Shown: positions 37,621-47,504 of the stretch, piece by piece
Position numbering within the stretch: position 1 is the first letter of the stretch
How the letters are laid out: the number at the start of each line of letters is the position of its first letter
From: an uncultured Chthoniobacterales bacterium
Lineage (GTDB): Bacteria; Verrucomicrobiota; Verrucomicrobiia; Chthoniobacterales; SZAS-18
NCBI GenBank assembly: GCA_964242205.1
Contig: CAXTBX010000003.1
Coordinates: 32,698-96,697, forward strand
Length of the DNA stretch: 64,000 nt
Direction of reading: 5' to 3'
Program-made: the position numbers and the translations under genes
Notes under the pieces: generated by a model
The model's input: the letters and a program-made list of their open reading frames with translations, nothing else
The model's database searches: none
Told to the model about the DNA's origin: nothing

Positions 37621-38268
37621 ATGAGCGCAACTATTCTCACTGTCGACGCGGCCAAGGACGCCAAGATCGACATCATTGCCAACGGCAAGGGCACGCAGGC
37701 CGTTCACGACGTGGTCGTGGCCATGCGCGCCAACCGCCGCAGCGGTACCGCCTCCACCAAGACGAAGGCGACCGTGTCCGGCTCCGGCAAGAAGCCCTAC
37801 AAGCAGAAGGGCACGGGTCGCGCCCGCGCCGGTTACATGAGCAGCCCCGTGCGCGTCGGCGGCGGCGTGGTCTTCGGTCCGCACCCTCGCTCTTACGCTA
37901 AGAAGACCACCAAGAGCGTCAAGCGCCTGGCTTTCCGTAAGGCGCTTAGCTCCCGCATCATCAGCGGCGACGTGTCGGTCCTCGACACCTTCGCGGTGAC
38001 CGAACTCAAGACGAAAGCCTTCTTGAAGCTCGTCGGCGAATCCACCGACGCGACCAAGAAGATTCTCATCGTTGGCACCTTCGACGAAACCACCTACAAG
38101 GCCGGTCGCAACGTCAAGGCGGTGCAACTCGCCACGCCCGAACAGGTCAACACCGAGAACCTGTTGCACTACAACAAGATCCTCATCACCCGCGATGCCC
38201 TCTCGCAGGTCGCCGAGCGCACTGCCCCGGCGGATCGCAAGCCTCTCGCCGCGACGCCCGCCCTCTAA
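37621..38268 (+). CDS. rplD: 50S ribosomal protein L4
   Basis: KPYKQKGTGRARAG, GGGVVFGP. Confidence 0.98.
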   Translation: MSATILTVDAAKDAKIDIIANGKGTQAVHDVVVAMRANRRSGTASTKTKATVSGSGKKPYKQKGTGRARAGYMSSPVRVGGGVVFGPHPRSYAKKTTKSVKRLAFRKALSSRIISGDVSVLDTFAVTELKTKAFLKLVGESTDATKKILIVGTFDETTYKAGRNVKAVQLATPEQVNTENLLHYNKILITRDALSQVAERTAPADRKPLAATPAL

Positions 38269-38280
38269 CCTTCTCGAGCC

Positions 38281-38565
38281 ATGCACGAACCCTTTGACAT
38301 CGTCCGCAAAGTCCGTTTGACGGAAAAAGCGACCCTCCTCAGCGAGTCGCTGAATAAATACGTTTTCGAGGTCGCTCCCTCGGCGAACAAGACCCAGATT
38401 AAGAGCGCTATCCAGACGCTCATGGGCAAGAAGGTTATCGCAGTCAACACCGCCAACTTCGCTGGCAAGCTCCGCCGTCAGAAGCGCGCCGACCAGGGCC
38501 GCACTGCCCACTGGAAAAAGGCCATCGTTACCCTGGCCCCCGGCGAAAAGATCGACTTCGCCTAA
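38281..38565 (+). CDS. rplW: 50S ribosomal protein L23
   Basis: TEKAT, WKKAIVTL. Confidence 0.98.
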   Translation: MHEPFDIVRKVRLTEKATLLSESLNKYVFEVAPSANKTQIKSAIQTLMGKKVIAVNTANFAGKLRRQKRADQGRTAHWKKAIVTLAPGEKIDFA

Positions 38566-38599
38566 TCCTATTTCCCATCAAGCGCCCTCCCAAACGGTC

Positions 38600-38635
38600 T
38601 GTCATCCTGAGCGAGTGTAACGAGCCGAAGGACCT
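38600..38635 (+). repeat. dispersed REP-like element, copy 1
   Basis: TGTCATCCTGAGCGAGTGTAACGAGCCGAAGGACCT; 30/36 identical to the inverted copy at 52892-52927. Confidence 0.7.
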
Positions 38636-38687
38636 TCCACCGTTGAGAGCAAGTTGAACTCCATTTACCAGTAACCATTTTCTCCGC

Positions 38688-39539
38688 ATGGCCTTAAAAC
38701 AACGCCGCCCGCTGACGCCTGTCAGCCGCTTCACTTCCCTCCCGTCTTACGACGAGATCACCAAGACGAAGCCGGAAAAATCGCTGCTCGAAGTCCGCAA
38801 AAGGACTGGTGGCCGCAACAACAATGGTCGCATCACCAGCCGTCACATCGGCGGTGGTCACAAGCAGAAGTACCGCGTCGTCGACTTCAAACGCAAGAAG
38901 CGCGGCATGGTCGCGGACGTGATCGGCATCGAATATGATCCGATTCGCACAGCCCGCATCGCCTTGCTCCAATACACGGACGGCGAAAAGATCTACATCC
39001 TTGCTCCGGACGGTCTCAAGGTTGGCGCGAAGCTCGTGGCCGGTCCTGATGCGGCTCCCGAACTCGGCAATGCGCTCCCCCTTTCGGCTATCCCGCTGGG
39101 CACGGCGATCCATTGCGTCGAACTGACCCCCGGTCGCGGCGGCCAGATTGCCCGCAGCGCCGGTCAGCAGGTGATCCTCAACAACCGCGAGGGCGGCTTC
39201 GCCCTCGTCAAAATGCCCTCGGGTGAAATCCGCCGTATCAACGAAGCGGCTTACGCGACCATCGGTCAAGTCGGCAACATTGACCACATGAACGTGAGCA
39301 GCGGCAAGGCCGGGCGCACGCGCTGGCAGGGTCGCCGTCCGCACGTCCGCGGCATGGTCATGAACCCGGTCGATCACCCGATGGGTGGCGGCCAGGGTAA
39401 GAGCAAGGGCGGTGGCGGACGCCATCACCCGATGAGCCCCTGGGGCCAGTTGGCGAAGGGTTTCAAGACCCGCCGCAAGCACAAGAACACCGACCGCTGG
39501 ATCGTCGCCCGCCGCAACGCGGACAAGAAAAAGTCCTAA
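38688..39539 (+). CDS. rplB: 50S ribosomal protein L2
   Basis: [27 protein letters not shown]. Confidence 0.99.
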   Translation: MALKQRRPLTPVSRFTSLPSYDEITKTKPEKSLLEVRKRTGGRNNNGRITSRHIGGGHKQKYRVVDFKRKKRGMVADVIGIEYDPIRTARIALLQYTDGEKIYILAPDGLKVGAKLVAGPDAAPELGNALPLSAIPLGTAIHCVELTPGRGGQIARSAGQQVILNNREGGFALVKMPSGEIRRINEAAYATIGQVGNIDHMNVSSGKAGRTRWQGRRPHVRGMVMNPVDHPMGGGQGKSKGGGGRHHPMSPWGQLAKGFKTRRKHKNTDRWIVARRNADKKKS

Positions 39540-39581
39540 AGTCCGTTCCGCCTCCCCACTTCTACCTTCCGACTTACCACT

Positions 39582-39860
39582 ATGGGACGTTCACTGAAAA
39601 AAGGCCCCTTCGTTGCGGGCCACCTCTACGAAAAGATCGATAAGATGAACGCTGCGGCGGTCAAGAAGCCGATCAAAACCTGGGCGCGCGCGTCCATGAT
39701 TGTGCCTGACTTTGTGGGCCATACTTTCCTCGTTCACAACGGCAAGATCTTCAACAGCGTCTTCGTCACGGAAAACATGGTCGGCCACAAGCTCGGCGAG
39801 TTCTCCCCGACGCGTACCTTCAAGAAGCACGGCGCGCACACCGCCAAGGTCACGAAGTAG
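39582..39860 (+). CDS. rpsS: 30S ribosomal protein S19
   Basis: [18 protein letters not shown]. Confidence 0.99.
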   Translation: MGRSLKKGPFVAGHLYEKIDKMNAAAVKKPIKTWARASMIVPDFVGHTFLVHNGKIFNSVFVTENMVGHKLGEFSPTRTFKKHGAHTAKVTK

Positions 39861-39878
39861 CCTTTACTGGATGAAGAC

Positions 39879-40802
39879 ATGAATCCTGAGCGCAAAATCC
39901 TGTTTCTGCTGCTCTGCGTTTTTGCCTTCTGCTTTCTGCCTTCTGCCCGCCCGCAACTCAGCATCTCTCCGCCTGCCGACGACACCCCACCCATCCCGAA
40001 ACTCCTCGCCCGCCCGGTTACCGAAATTGGCCCGACGAGCCCCGAGTCGGCGGCTGACGCCAGCGGCGATAACCTCAACGACGACAACCTCGAAACCCTC
40101 AAACAACGCCTCAAGGAGACCAAAGCCCGGCTGCACGCTTACGAGAACGAGAACGATGCGCTCCGGCAACGCAATGAACTGAGACTATCTACGATCCGCA
40201 CGCTCAACGAGAGTTTAGCCGTGTCTAACGCAGAGCGCGAAGTCTTCAAACGCCAGGTCGGCGATTTTACCATGAAAATGGAAGCATTCGGTCTAGCGTC
40301 AGTCGGCGACAACAAAGAGGCGCTCCAACAGCGACTCCTCAAGGCGGTGAACGATCTGCGGCTTCTCCGGGACGAAAAGGACAAGTTGGCCGATTGCATG
40401 ATGGGACTGAGCGAAAGCGTGTTGCTCTACTTAAAAACCGCTTCCGCCGCCGACCCCCAGCTTCGCCTCCAGATCGAAGGCCAGATCCGCGCCGCCAACG
40501 AGGCCGTGGACGAGGCCGCCGCCAAGGAAGCTGCTGGCAACACGCCGGTCGAGGGCAACCTCAACGATGGCCACGTCATCAGCGTGAAGGAAGAATTCTC
40601 GTTGGTGGTGGTCAATCTGGGCCGGTTACAGGGAGTGAAGATCGGGACCCCTTTCATCGTGGTGCGTGGCGACCGGTACATCGGCAAGGCCCGAGTGGTG
40701 GATGTGCGGGAGCGGATCAGCGGCGCGGTGATTGAGGAATACGGTTCAAACACGGAAAAAGTCAAAATCGGCGACACGATGCGCGTGGATGTGCAATCTT
40801 AG
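39879..40802 (+). CDS. hypothetical exported coiled-coil protein within the S10 operon
   Basis: signal-peptide-like N-terminus, central coiled coil, C-terminal beta-rich domain (VVVNLGRLQGVKIG). Confidence 0.8.
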   Translation: MNPERKILFLLLCVFAFCFLPSARPQLSISPPADDTPPIPKLLARPVTEIGPTSPESAADASGDNLNDDNLETLKQRLKETKARLHAYENENDALRQRNELRLSTIRTLNESLAVSNAEREVFKRQVGDFTMKMEAFGLASVGDNKEALQQRLLKAVNDLRLLRDEKDKLADCMMGLSESVLLYLKTASAADPQLRLQIEGQIRAANEAVDEAAAKEAAGNTPVEGNLNDGHVISVKEEFSLVVVNLGRLQGVKIGTPFIVVRGDRYIGKARVVDVRERISGAVIEEYGSNTEKVKIGDTMRVDVQS

Positions 40803-40847
40803 TGGCCCCCCAATTTCAGCAGACGACGAAAGCAAACACTTAAAGCT

Positions 40848-41420
40848 ATGGAAGTTCTATCGGTACTACGCGGCGCACGGATCTCCGCCTTCAAGGCGCG
40901 GGAGTTGACGCGCGAAATCCAGGGTCTGCCTGCCTCGGCGGCGCTCGACCTCGTGGCGTTTTCGTCCAAGAAGGCGGCCCTCATGGTTGGCAAGACGCTT
41001 AAAAGCGCCATCGCCAACGCGGAAAACAATAACGACCTCAAGGTGGACACTCTGGTCGTCAAGGAAGCGACCGTCGGCGAAGGCCCGACCATGAAGCGCA
41101 TTAAAAGCCGCGCTCGTGGCAGTGCTTCGTCCATCCGCAAGCGCACCGCTCACATCCGCATCGTCTTGACCGACGACATCGTCATCCCGCAACGCAACAA
41201 GCCCTCGGCTGGCAAGAAGAAGTCCAAGCCTGCCGCCCGCGCCGCTGCTCCGGCGAGCAAAGAAGCGCCTGCTGCTAAAAAGGTCAAGACCGACGAAGAA
41301 GCTACCCGGGTTATTGAGACCGAAACTCCGGCAATTCCCGCCTCCCAGGCCAACGAAGGCCCGGGCGAAACCGCCGCTCCCGTCAAAGTGAGCAGCGACG
41401 AGGACACCACCAAGGACTAA
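40848..41420 (+). CDS. rplV: 50S ribosomal protein L22 with C-terminal extension
   Basis: LKSAIANAE, EGPTMKR, KRTAHI. Confidence 0.98.
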   Translation: MEVLSVLRGARISAFKARELTREIQGLPASAALDLVAFSSKKAALMVGKTLKSAIANAENNNDLKVDTLVVKEATVGEGPTMKRIKSRARGSASSIRKRTAHIRIVLTDDIVIPQRNKPSAGKKKSKPAARAAAPASKEAPAAKKVKTDEEATRVIETETPAIPASQANEGPGETAAPVKVSSDEDTTKD

Positions 41421-41474
41421 GCGCCACCTGTCCCTTACTTCCGCGTTCCGACTTCCCACTTCCCACTTTCTTTT

Positions 41475-42347
41475 ATGGGCCAAAAAGTTAATCCTATCGG
41501 TTACCGTCTCTCCTTGACTCGTGACTGGCGTTCGCGCTGGTACGCCAACGAGAAGGACTATCCGGACTTCCTCCACGCCGACATTAAGATTCGGCAGTAC
41601 GTCAAGCGCAAGCTCCAGAGCGCCGCCGTCGCCAAGATCGTCATCGAACGCGCTTGGAACAGCCTGCGTGTGACCATTTTCACGGCCCGTCCCGGCATCG
41701 TCATCGGACGCAAGGGCGCGGAAATCGAGAAGATGACCGAGGATATTACCCGCATGTCCGGCGGCAAGAGCGTCAAGATCGACATTCAAGAGATCAAGAC
41801 GCCCGAACTCGAAGCCCAACTCGTCGCGGAAAACATCGCTTTGCAGCTCGAACGCCGCATCAGCTTCCGCCGCGCCATGAAGAAGGCTGTCGCCACGACG
41901 ATGGACTTCGGTGCCCAGGGCATCAAGCTGCGCGTGGCGGGTCGCCTCAACGGTGCGGAAATCAGCCGCGCCGAACTCACCCGCGACGGCAAGACCCCGC
42001 TGCATACCCTTCGCGCCCACATTGACTACGGTTTCCACGAGGCGAACACCCTCTATGGCAAGATTGGCGTCAAGTGCTGGATCTGCAAGCGCGATCCGGG
42101 CACGGTCGATCCTAACGCCGAGGCCAACGAGGCCGCCCGCGCTGAGCGTGGTGGTGATCGTCGCGGCCCACGTCGTGACGGCGGTGGTGGTGGCTACCGG
42201 GGCGGTGGCGGCGGTGGCGGCTACCGTGGCGGTGGCGGCGGTGACCGCAACGACGCTCCCCGTCCTGCAACGACCGACCTGATCTCGCCTCCCGGTGCCA
42301 ATGTGGCTCCTGCGTCCGTCGATGGCCAAGCGGTTCCTACCGTTTGA
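41475..42347 (+). CDS. rpsC: 30S ribosomal protein S3 with RGG-rich tail
   Basis: [21 protein letters not shown]. Confidence 0.99.
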   Translation: MGQKVNPIGYRLSLTRDWRSRWYANEKDYPDFLHADIKIRQYVKRKLQSAAVAKIVIERAWNSLRVTIFTARPGIVIGRKGAEIEKMTEDITRMSGGKSVKIDIQEIKTPELEAQLVAENIALQLERRISFRRAMKKAVATTMDFGAQGIKLRVAGRLNGAEISRAELTRDGKTPLHTLRAHIDYGFHEANTLYGKIGVKCWICKRDPGTVDPNAEANEAARAERGGDRRGPRRDGGGGGYRGGGGGGGYRGGGGGDRNDAPRPATTDLISPPGANVAPASVDGQAVPTV

Positions 42348-42403
42348 TCTGATCTTTCTGGCACTTCCGCCTTTCAACTTCCCACTTTCGACCTTTTCCT
42401 CTT

Positions 42404-42889
42404 ATGCCTTTGATGCCCAAACGTGTGAAGCATCGCAAGACCCAGCGCGGCAGTCGCGCGGGTACGGCGACGCGCAACGTCCGGATCGCCTTCGGCGAGT
42501 TTGCCTTGCAGACTCTCGAACGCGCCTGGATCACCAACACCCAGATCGAAGCCGCCCGTGTCGCGCTCACCCGTAACATGAAGCGTAAGGGCAAACTCTG
42601 GATCAAGATTTTCCCGGACAAGTCCGTGACCAGCCGCCCGCCGGAAACGCGCATGGGTAAAGGCAAGGGTCAACCCGAGTATTGGGTGGCTACGGTCCGC
42701 CCAGGTAATATTCTGTTCGAGATGGACGGCGTGCCTGAGTCCGTGGCCCGCGAGTCCCTGCGCCTTGCCGCGACCAAGCTCCCGATCCGCACCAAATTCA
42801 TCAGCCGTCACCACGCTGCTCCTCCGACGACTGCCGAGAAGGAAGCGCAGGCCGCCGACCACCAGCCGCAGACCGCTCCCGCCGCCTGA
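42404..42889 (+). CDS. rplP: 50S ribosomal protein L16
   Basis: [16 protein letters not shown]. Confidence 0.99.
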   Translation: MPLMPKRVKHRKTQRGSRAGTATRNVRIAFGEFALQTLERAWITNTQIEAARVALTRNMKRKGKLWIKIFPDKSVTSRPPETRMGKGKGQPEYWVATVRPGNILFEMDGVPESVARESLRLAATKLPIRTKFISRHHAAPPTTAEKEAQAADHQPQTAPAA

Positions 42890-42909
42890 TCCCTTACCGC
42901 ACCGAGAAT

Positions 42910-43116
42910 ATGAAGATCAAAGAGATCAAGGAACTGAGCACGGAAGAACTGTCCAAGCGCAAGACTGACCTTCGCAAGGAGAGCTTCAACCTCCGCCTCC
43001 AACAGGTGAGCGGTAACATCGAAAAGCCGAGCCGTCTGCGCGACATCCGCCGCGAGGTTGCCCGCCTGGAAACCGTCGCTTCCCAGCGCCGTAACCAGCA
43101 GGCCGCGAAAGCCTAA
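42910..43116 (+). CDS. rpmC: 50S ribosomal protein L29
   Basis: size, operon position, IRREVARLET. Confidence 0.97.
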   Translation: MKIKEIKELSTEELSKRKTDLRKESFNLRLQQVSGNIEKPSRLRDIRREVARLETVASQRRNQQAAKA

Positions 43117-43131
43117 CCCTTCCCACACGCC

Positions 43132-43449
43132 ATGAGCGACGAAACCACCTCCGAAACCACGACCGTTGCGACCGACGCGGCGGCCTCCACGACCACCGCT
43201 CCCAAGCGTGGTCTGCGCAAGACCCGCGTTGGCGTGGTCACCTCCAACAAGATGGCCAAGACTGCCGTCGTGGAGATCACCACCCGCGTGCCGCACCCCA
43301 AGTTCCGTAAGATCATCAAGCAATCCACGAAGTTCTACGCGCACGACGAGGAAGGCAAAGCTCAGGTCGGCGACTTGGTCCGCATCATGGAAACCCGTCC
43401 GTTGAGCAAGCTCAAGCGTTGGCGTCTGGTCGAAGTGCTAAAGCACTGA
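43132..43449 (+). CDS. rpsQ: 30S ribosomal protein S17
   Basis: [18 protein letters not shown]. Confidence 0.98.
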   Translation: MSDETTSETTTVATDAAASTTTAPKRGLRKTRVGVVTSNKMAKTAVVEITTRVPHPKFRKIIKQSTKFYAHDEEGKAQVGDLVRIMETRPLSKLKRWRLVEVLKH

Positions 43450-43532
43450 AAAGCGGTCTGCGGCATCTGCGTTATCTGCGGCATCCGCGCTATCAACCGG
43501 CGATTATTCGCCATTAAAAACGATTTAATTTT

Positions 43533-43898
43533 ATGCTCCAGATCCGTACCCGCATCGATGTGGCCGACAACTCCGGCGCCCGCATGGCGACCATGATCGG
43601 TGTCATCGGCAAAGCCACCATGACGGCTGGCATCGGTGATGTCATCACCGCCAACGTCAAGGAAGCCAGCCCCGGCGGCACCGTGAAGAAGGGCGACGTG
43701 GTCCGCGCCGTCGTGGTGCGCACCAAGCAGCCCGTCAAGCGTCCCGACGGCAGCTACCTGCGCTTCGACAACAACGCCATCGTCATCATCGACAAGGACC
43801 TCAACCCACGTGGCACGCGCATCTTCGGCCCGGTCGCCCGCGAATTGCGCGAGCGTAACTTCATGAAGATCGTCTCCCTCGCCCCGGAAGTTCTCTAA
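43533..43898 (+). CDS. rplN: 50S ribosomal protein L14
   Basis: [19 protein letters not shown]. Confidence 0.99.
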   Translation: MLQIRTRIDVADNSGARMATMIGVIGKATMTAGIGDVITANVKEASPGGTVKKGDVVRAVVVRTKQPVKRPDGSYLRFDNNAIVIIDKDLNPRGTRIFGPVARELRERNFMKIVSLAPEVL

Positions 43899-43900
43899 CC

Positions 43901-44218
43901 ATGGCTACCGCAACTCTTTCCCGCAAAAAGACCCATGTAAAAAAGGGTGACAACGTCACCGTCATCAGTGGCAACCACAAGGGCAAGTCAGGCCGCGTCC
44001 TGCGCGTTCTGTCCAAGAAGGATCAGGTGCTCGTTGAAGGCGTGCGTATGATTAAGAAGCACGCCGCCAAGAGCCAGGACCGTCCCCAGGGCGGCATCAT
44101 CGAGCGCGAAGGCCCTTTGCACATCTCCAACGTCAAAAAGGCGGATGCCGCTCTCGCTCCCGCTGCTGCCGAGGCCGCTCCGGCCAAGAAGGCGCGCAAA
44201 ACTAAGAAAGACGCTTGA
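43901..44218 (+). CDS. rplX: 50S ribosomal protein L24
   Basis: KKGDNVTVISG, EGPLHISNV. Confidence 0.98.
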   Translation: MATATLSRKKTHVKKGDNVTVISGNHKGKSGRVLRVLSKKDQVLVEGVRMIKKHAAKSQDRPQGGIIEREGPLHISNVKKADAALAPAAAEAAPAKKARKTKKDA

Positions 44219-44291
44219 CGAATCGTGCCGATAAGGCACATTCACCGTCCCACTCTGACTGCCGCCGGTTGAAATTCGGCGGCCTACCCAT

Positions 44292-44852
44292 ATGGAAGTC
44301 GAACTTTATCAAGATTATAAGAACCGTGTCGTGCCCGCTCTCAAGGAGAAGCACGGCTACAAGAACGTCCACCAGGTCCCTCGTTTGGAGAAGGTGGTCA
44401 TCAATGCTTGCGTCGGTTCCTCGCCGGATGTGAAGCAAGCGCTCGAAGAGGCCAAGAAGGAAATGGCAACAATCACCGGCCAGAAGCCGATGGAGACCCG
44501 CGCCAAGAAGTCTATTGCCAATTTCAAGCTCCGCGAGAACCAGGCCATCGGTGCCAAGGTGACCTTGCGCGGCCAGACGATGTACGAGTTCTTGGAACGC
44601 CTCATTAAGACGGCGCTTCCCCGCATCCGCGACTTCCGCGGCGTGTCCCCTAAAGCGTTCGATGGTCAAGGCAACTACACGCTGGGCGTCACGGACCAGT
44701 CCATCTTCCCGGAAATCGAATTGGACAAGATCCAGCGTAACATCGGCTTCGACGTGAGCATCGTCACGAGCACGAAGTCCAACGAGGAAGCCAAGTCACT
44801 GCTCAGCGAGCTGGGGATGCCCTTCAGCGACCGCAAGAAGGCCAACGCCTAA
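44292..44852 (+). CDS. rplE: 50S ribosomal protein L5
   Basis: KSIANFKLRE, PRIRDFRG. Confidence 0.99.
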   Translation: MEVELYQDYKNRVVPALKEKHGYKNVHQVPRLEKVVINACVGSSPDVKQALEEAKKEMATITGQKPMETRAKKSIANFKLRENQAIGAKVTLRGQTMYEFLERLIKTALPRIRDFRGVSPKAFDGQGNYTLGVTDQSIFPEIELDKIQRNIGFDVSIVTSTKSNEEAKSLLSELGMPFSDRKKANA

Positions 44853-44873
44853 CCCTCTCGCCATTTTCCGAAC

Positions 44874-45272
44874 ATGAGTGCTTTGACTGATCCCATCGCG
44901 GACTTTTTGACCCGTCTCCGCAACGCCAGCATGGCGAAAAAGACGTTGGTCGCGCTGCCCTACAGCCGTATCAAAAACGACATCGCCCGCGTCTTGAAAG
45001 ACGAGGGCTACATCGCCGACTTCAAGGAGGAAGGCCAGGGTGCAACCCATCAGATCCACGTTACGACCAAGTACGTGGCGCAGACCCCGGCCATCACTGG
45101 TCTCAAGCGCGTCAGCCGTCCCGGCCTGCGCCGCTACGTCGCGGCGGACGAGATTCCCCGCGTGCGTGGTGGTCAGGGCATCGCTATTTTGAGCACCCCC
45201 CGTGGTGTGCTCAGCGGGCGCGAGGCGAAACGCCAGAACGTCGGCGGCGAACTGCTCGCTTACGTTTACTAA
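44874..45272 (+). CDS. rpsH: 30S ribosomal protein S8
   Basis: TDPIADFLTRLRNA, SRPGLRRY. Confidence 0.99.
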   Translation: MSALTDPIADFLTRLRNASMAKKTLVALPYSRIKNDIARVLKDEGYIADFKEEGQGATHQIHVTTKYVAQTPAITGLKRVSRPGLRRYVAADEIPRVRGGQGIAILSTPRGVLSGREAKRQNVGGELLAYVY

Positions 45273-45293
45273 TTTTAACCGAGGAAACATCCC

Positions 45294-45833
45294 ATGTCTC
45301 GTATCGGCTACAAAAGCATCACCATCCCGGATAAGGTCAAGATCAACGTCGGCCAGGGCGGCTTGGTCGCGGTCGAAGGTCCCAAGGGCAAGTTGGAATA
45401 CACGCTGCCCAGCCAGATCAAGGCGGACGTGACCGACAGGGAAGTTACGTTTAAACGCGACGATGAAAACCGTGCGGTTAAGGCTTTGCACGGGTTGGCC
45501 CGTTCGCTTGTCAACAATATGGTCACGGGTGTGACCGCCGGTTACGTTAAGGACCTCGAAATCCAGGGCGTCGGTTTCAAGGCGGCGCTCCAGGGCGACA
45601 AGTTGAACCTCAGCCTCGGCAAGTCCCACCCCATCCTCTTTCCGGTGCCCGCTGGCATTAAGATCACCGTGACCGACAATACCAAGGTCAAGGTCGAGGG
45701 CATCGACAAACAACTGGTCGGCCAAGTCGCCGCAAACATCCGTGGCTACTACCCGCCGGAGCCGTACAAGGGTAAGGGCGTGCGTTATGCGGGCGAAAAC
45801 GTCCAGCGCAAGGAAGGCAAGACTGTCCAGTAA
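45294..45833 (+). CDS. rplF: 50S ribosomal protein L6
   Basis: MSRIG, PPEPYKGKG. Confidence 0.99.
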   Translation: MSRIGYKSITIPDKVKINVGQGGLVAVEGPKGKLEYTLPSQIKADVTDREVTFKRDDENRAVKALHGLARSLVNNMVTGVTAGYVKDLEIQGVGFKAALQGDKLNLSLGKSHPILFPVPAGIKITVTDNTKVKVEGIDKQLVGQVAANIRGYYPPEPYKGKGVRYAGENVQRKEGKTVQ

Positions 45834-45881
45834 TCTGCTCCCGGTTCATCCGTCATTTCTCATCTTTCATCCTTTTCTAGT

Positions 45882-46247
45882 ATGGCCAAGTCTGATCGCC
45901 GTATCATCCGTAACCGGATTCATCTCCGCATCCGCAAGAAAATCAGCGGTACGCCGGAGCGTCCTCGTCTAAGCGTTTTCTTTTCGGGCCGCCACGTCTA
46001 TGCCCAGGTCATCGAGGATTCGCAGGGTCACACCCTCGCGTCTGTGCAGACGACCGAGGCCGACTTCCGTGCTGACAAGGCGACCCGCGCCAACGCTTCG
46101 ACCGCCGAGAAGGTGGGCAAATTGGTGGCCGAGCGCGCCAAGGCTAAGGGTATTGACCGCGTCGTGTTCGACCGGGGCGGTGCTCAGTACCACGGTAAAG
46201 TCAAGGCCTTGGCCGACGCGGCCCGCGCCGGTGGTTTGGACTTTTAA
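45882..46247 (+). CDS. rplR: 50S ribosomal protein L18
   Basis: [19 protein letters not shown]. Confidence 0.99.
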   Translation: MAKSDRRIIRNRIHLRIRKKISGTPERPRLSVFFSGRHVYAQVIEDSQGHTLASVQTTEADFRADKATRANASTAEKVGKLVAERAKAKGIDRVVFDRGGAQYHGKVKALADAARAGGLDF

Positions 46248-46283
46248 AATTTTTCACTTCAGCGACCAGTTTCTCTTTTCTTT

Positions 46284-46871
46284 ATGCCTCCAGGCCAACA
46301 ATCCGGCGGAAATCGTCGCGGCGGTGACCGCCAGCGCGACACCAACCAAAGCGCTGTGCCCGTTCGCGGCGAAACGACCGAAAAAGTGGTGTTCATCAAT
46401 CGATGCGCCAAGGTCGTCAAGGGTGGACGCCGTTTCTCCTTCAGCGCGCTGATCGTCGCGGGTGACCATGACGGCAAGGTCGGTTGCGGCTTCGGCAAAG
46501 CCAACGAGGTGGCCGAAGCAATCCGCAAGGCTTCCGAATCCGCCCGTAAGGCGATGGTCAAGGTATCCGTGCATCAGAACACAATTCCGCACGAGGTTTA
46601 CGGTGAGTACGGTGGCGGCAAGGTGTTGCTGCGTCCGGCGTCGCCCGGCACGGGGGTCATCGCCGGTGGCGGTGTGCGCGCGGTTGTTGAAGCGGCGGGC
46701 ATCAAAGACGTGCTGGCCAAAAGTCTCGGCAGCGGCAACCACGCCAACGTTGTCAAAGCGACGCTGGAAGCTCTCGCGCAACTTCGCCTGCGTGACGAGA
46801 CCATGAAATTGCGTGGTTTGCGCTCCGGCCAGAAGGCCGAGACGGCGGTCGAAGAGCCCGTGGCGGCCTAA
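46284..46871 (+). CDS. rpsE: 30S ribosomal protein S5
   Basis: [19 protein letters not shown]. Confidence 0.99.
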   Translation: MPPGQQSGGNRRGGDRQRDTNQSAVPVRGETTEKVVFINRCAKVVKGGRRFSFSALIVAGDHDGKVGCGFGKANEVAEAIRKASESARKAMVKVSVHQNTIPHEVYGEYGGGKVLLRPASPGTGVIAGGGVRAVVEAAGIKDVLAKSLGSGNHANVVKATLEALAQLRLRDETMKLRGLRSGQKAETAVEEPVAA

Positions 46872-46892
46872 TTCTTTCACATTCCGGTTTTT

Positions 46893-47366
46893 ATGCGACT
46901 TCACGAACTCCAGCCCCGTCCCGGTGCCAAGCATCGCGTCAAGCGCCTCGGCTGCGGCGAAAGCTCTGGCCACGGCAAGACCAGTGGCAAAGGCCACAAG
47001 GGTCAAAAGGCCCGTTCCGGCGGCAGCATCCGCCTCGGTTTCGAGGGCGGCCAGATGCCCCTCATTCGTCGTCTGCCCAAGCGCGGTTTTAACAACACGG
47101 CTTTCAAAACGAAGTATGCCTTGGTGAACCTCGTCGACTTGGAGGCCCTCGAAGTGACCGGTACGATCACCGAAGCCGCCCTGCGCGAGCACGGGCTGGT
47201 GCGTGGTCGCTTCGACGGCATCAAAATCCTTGGCAATGGTGCGTTGACCAAGAAGATCGCTATTGAGGTTGACCATATCAGCGCTTCGGCTCGCGAGAAG
47301 ATTGAGGCTGCCGGTGGTAGCGTTAGCATCCGCGACCGCTCGAAAAAAGAAGCTGCAAACGCCTAA
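46893..47366 (+). CDS. rplO: 50S ribosomal protein L15
   Basis: GHGKTSGKGHKGQ, FEGGQMPL. Confidence 0.99.
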   Translation: MRLHELQPRPGAKHRVKRLGCGESSGHGKTSGKGHKGQKARSGGSIRLGFEGGQMPLIRRLPKRGFNNTAFKTKYALVNLVDLEALEVTGTITEAALREHGLVRGRFDGIKILGNGALTKKIAIEVDHISASAREKIEAAGGSVSIRDRSKKEAANA

Positions 47367-47399
47367 AGTTCGCCGACACTGCTAATCCGGCTCCTTTGC

Positions 47400-47492
47400 G
47401 AAGGATGAAGGATGAAGGATGAAGGATGAAGACAGAGGAAACGTTTCCTCCCGGTCTTTTCCACCTTCAACTTTCGACCTTCATCCTTCATC
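47400..47492. repeat. heptamer-armed hairpin (GAAGGAT)x4 ... (TTCATCC)-type arm, with internal 16 bp palindrome
   Basis: GAGGAAACGTTTCCTC at 47435-47450; located between rplO and secY. Confidence 0.75.
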
Positions 47493-47504
47493 ATTTTTCC
47501 CACC

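Noticed and set aside
43455-43495. ATCTGCG-type short repeat between rpsQ and rplN as a regulatory RNA
   Set aside because: Only two or three degenerate units; best treated as a common intergenic repeat remnant.
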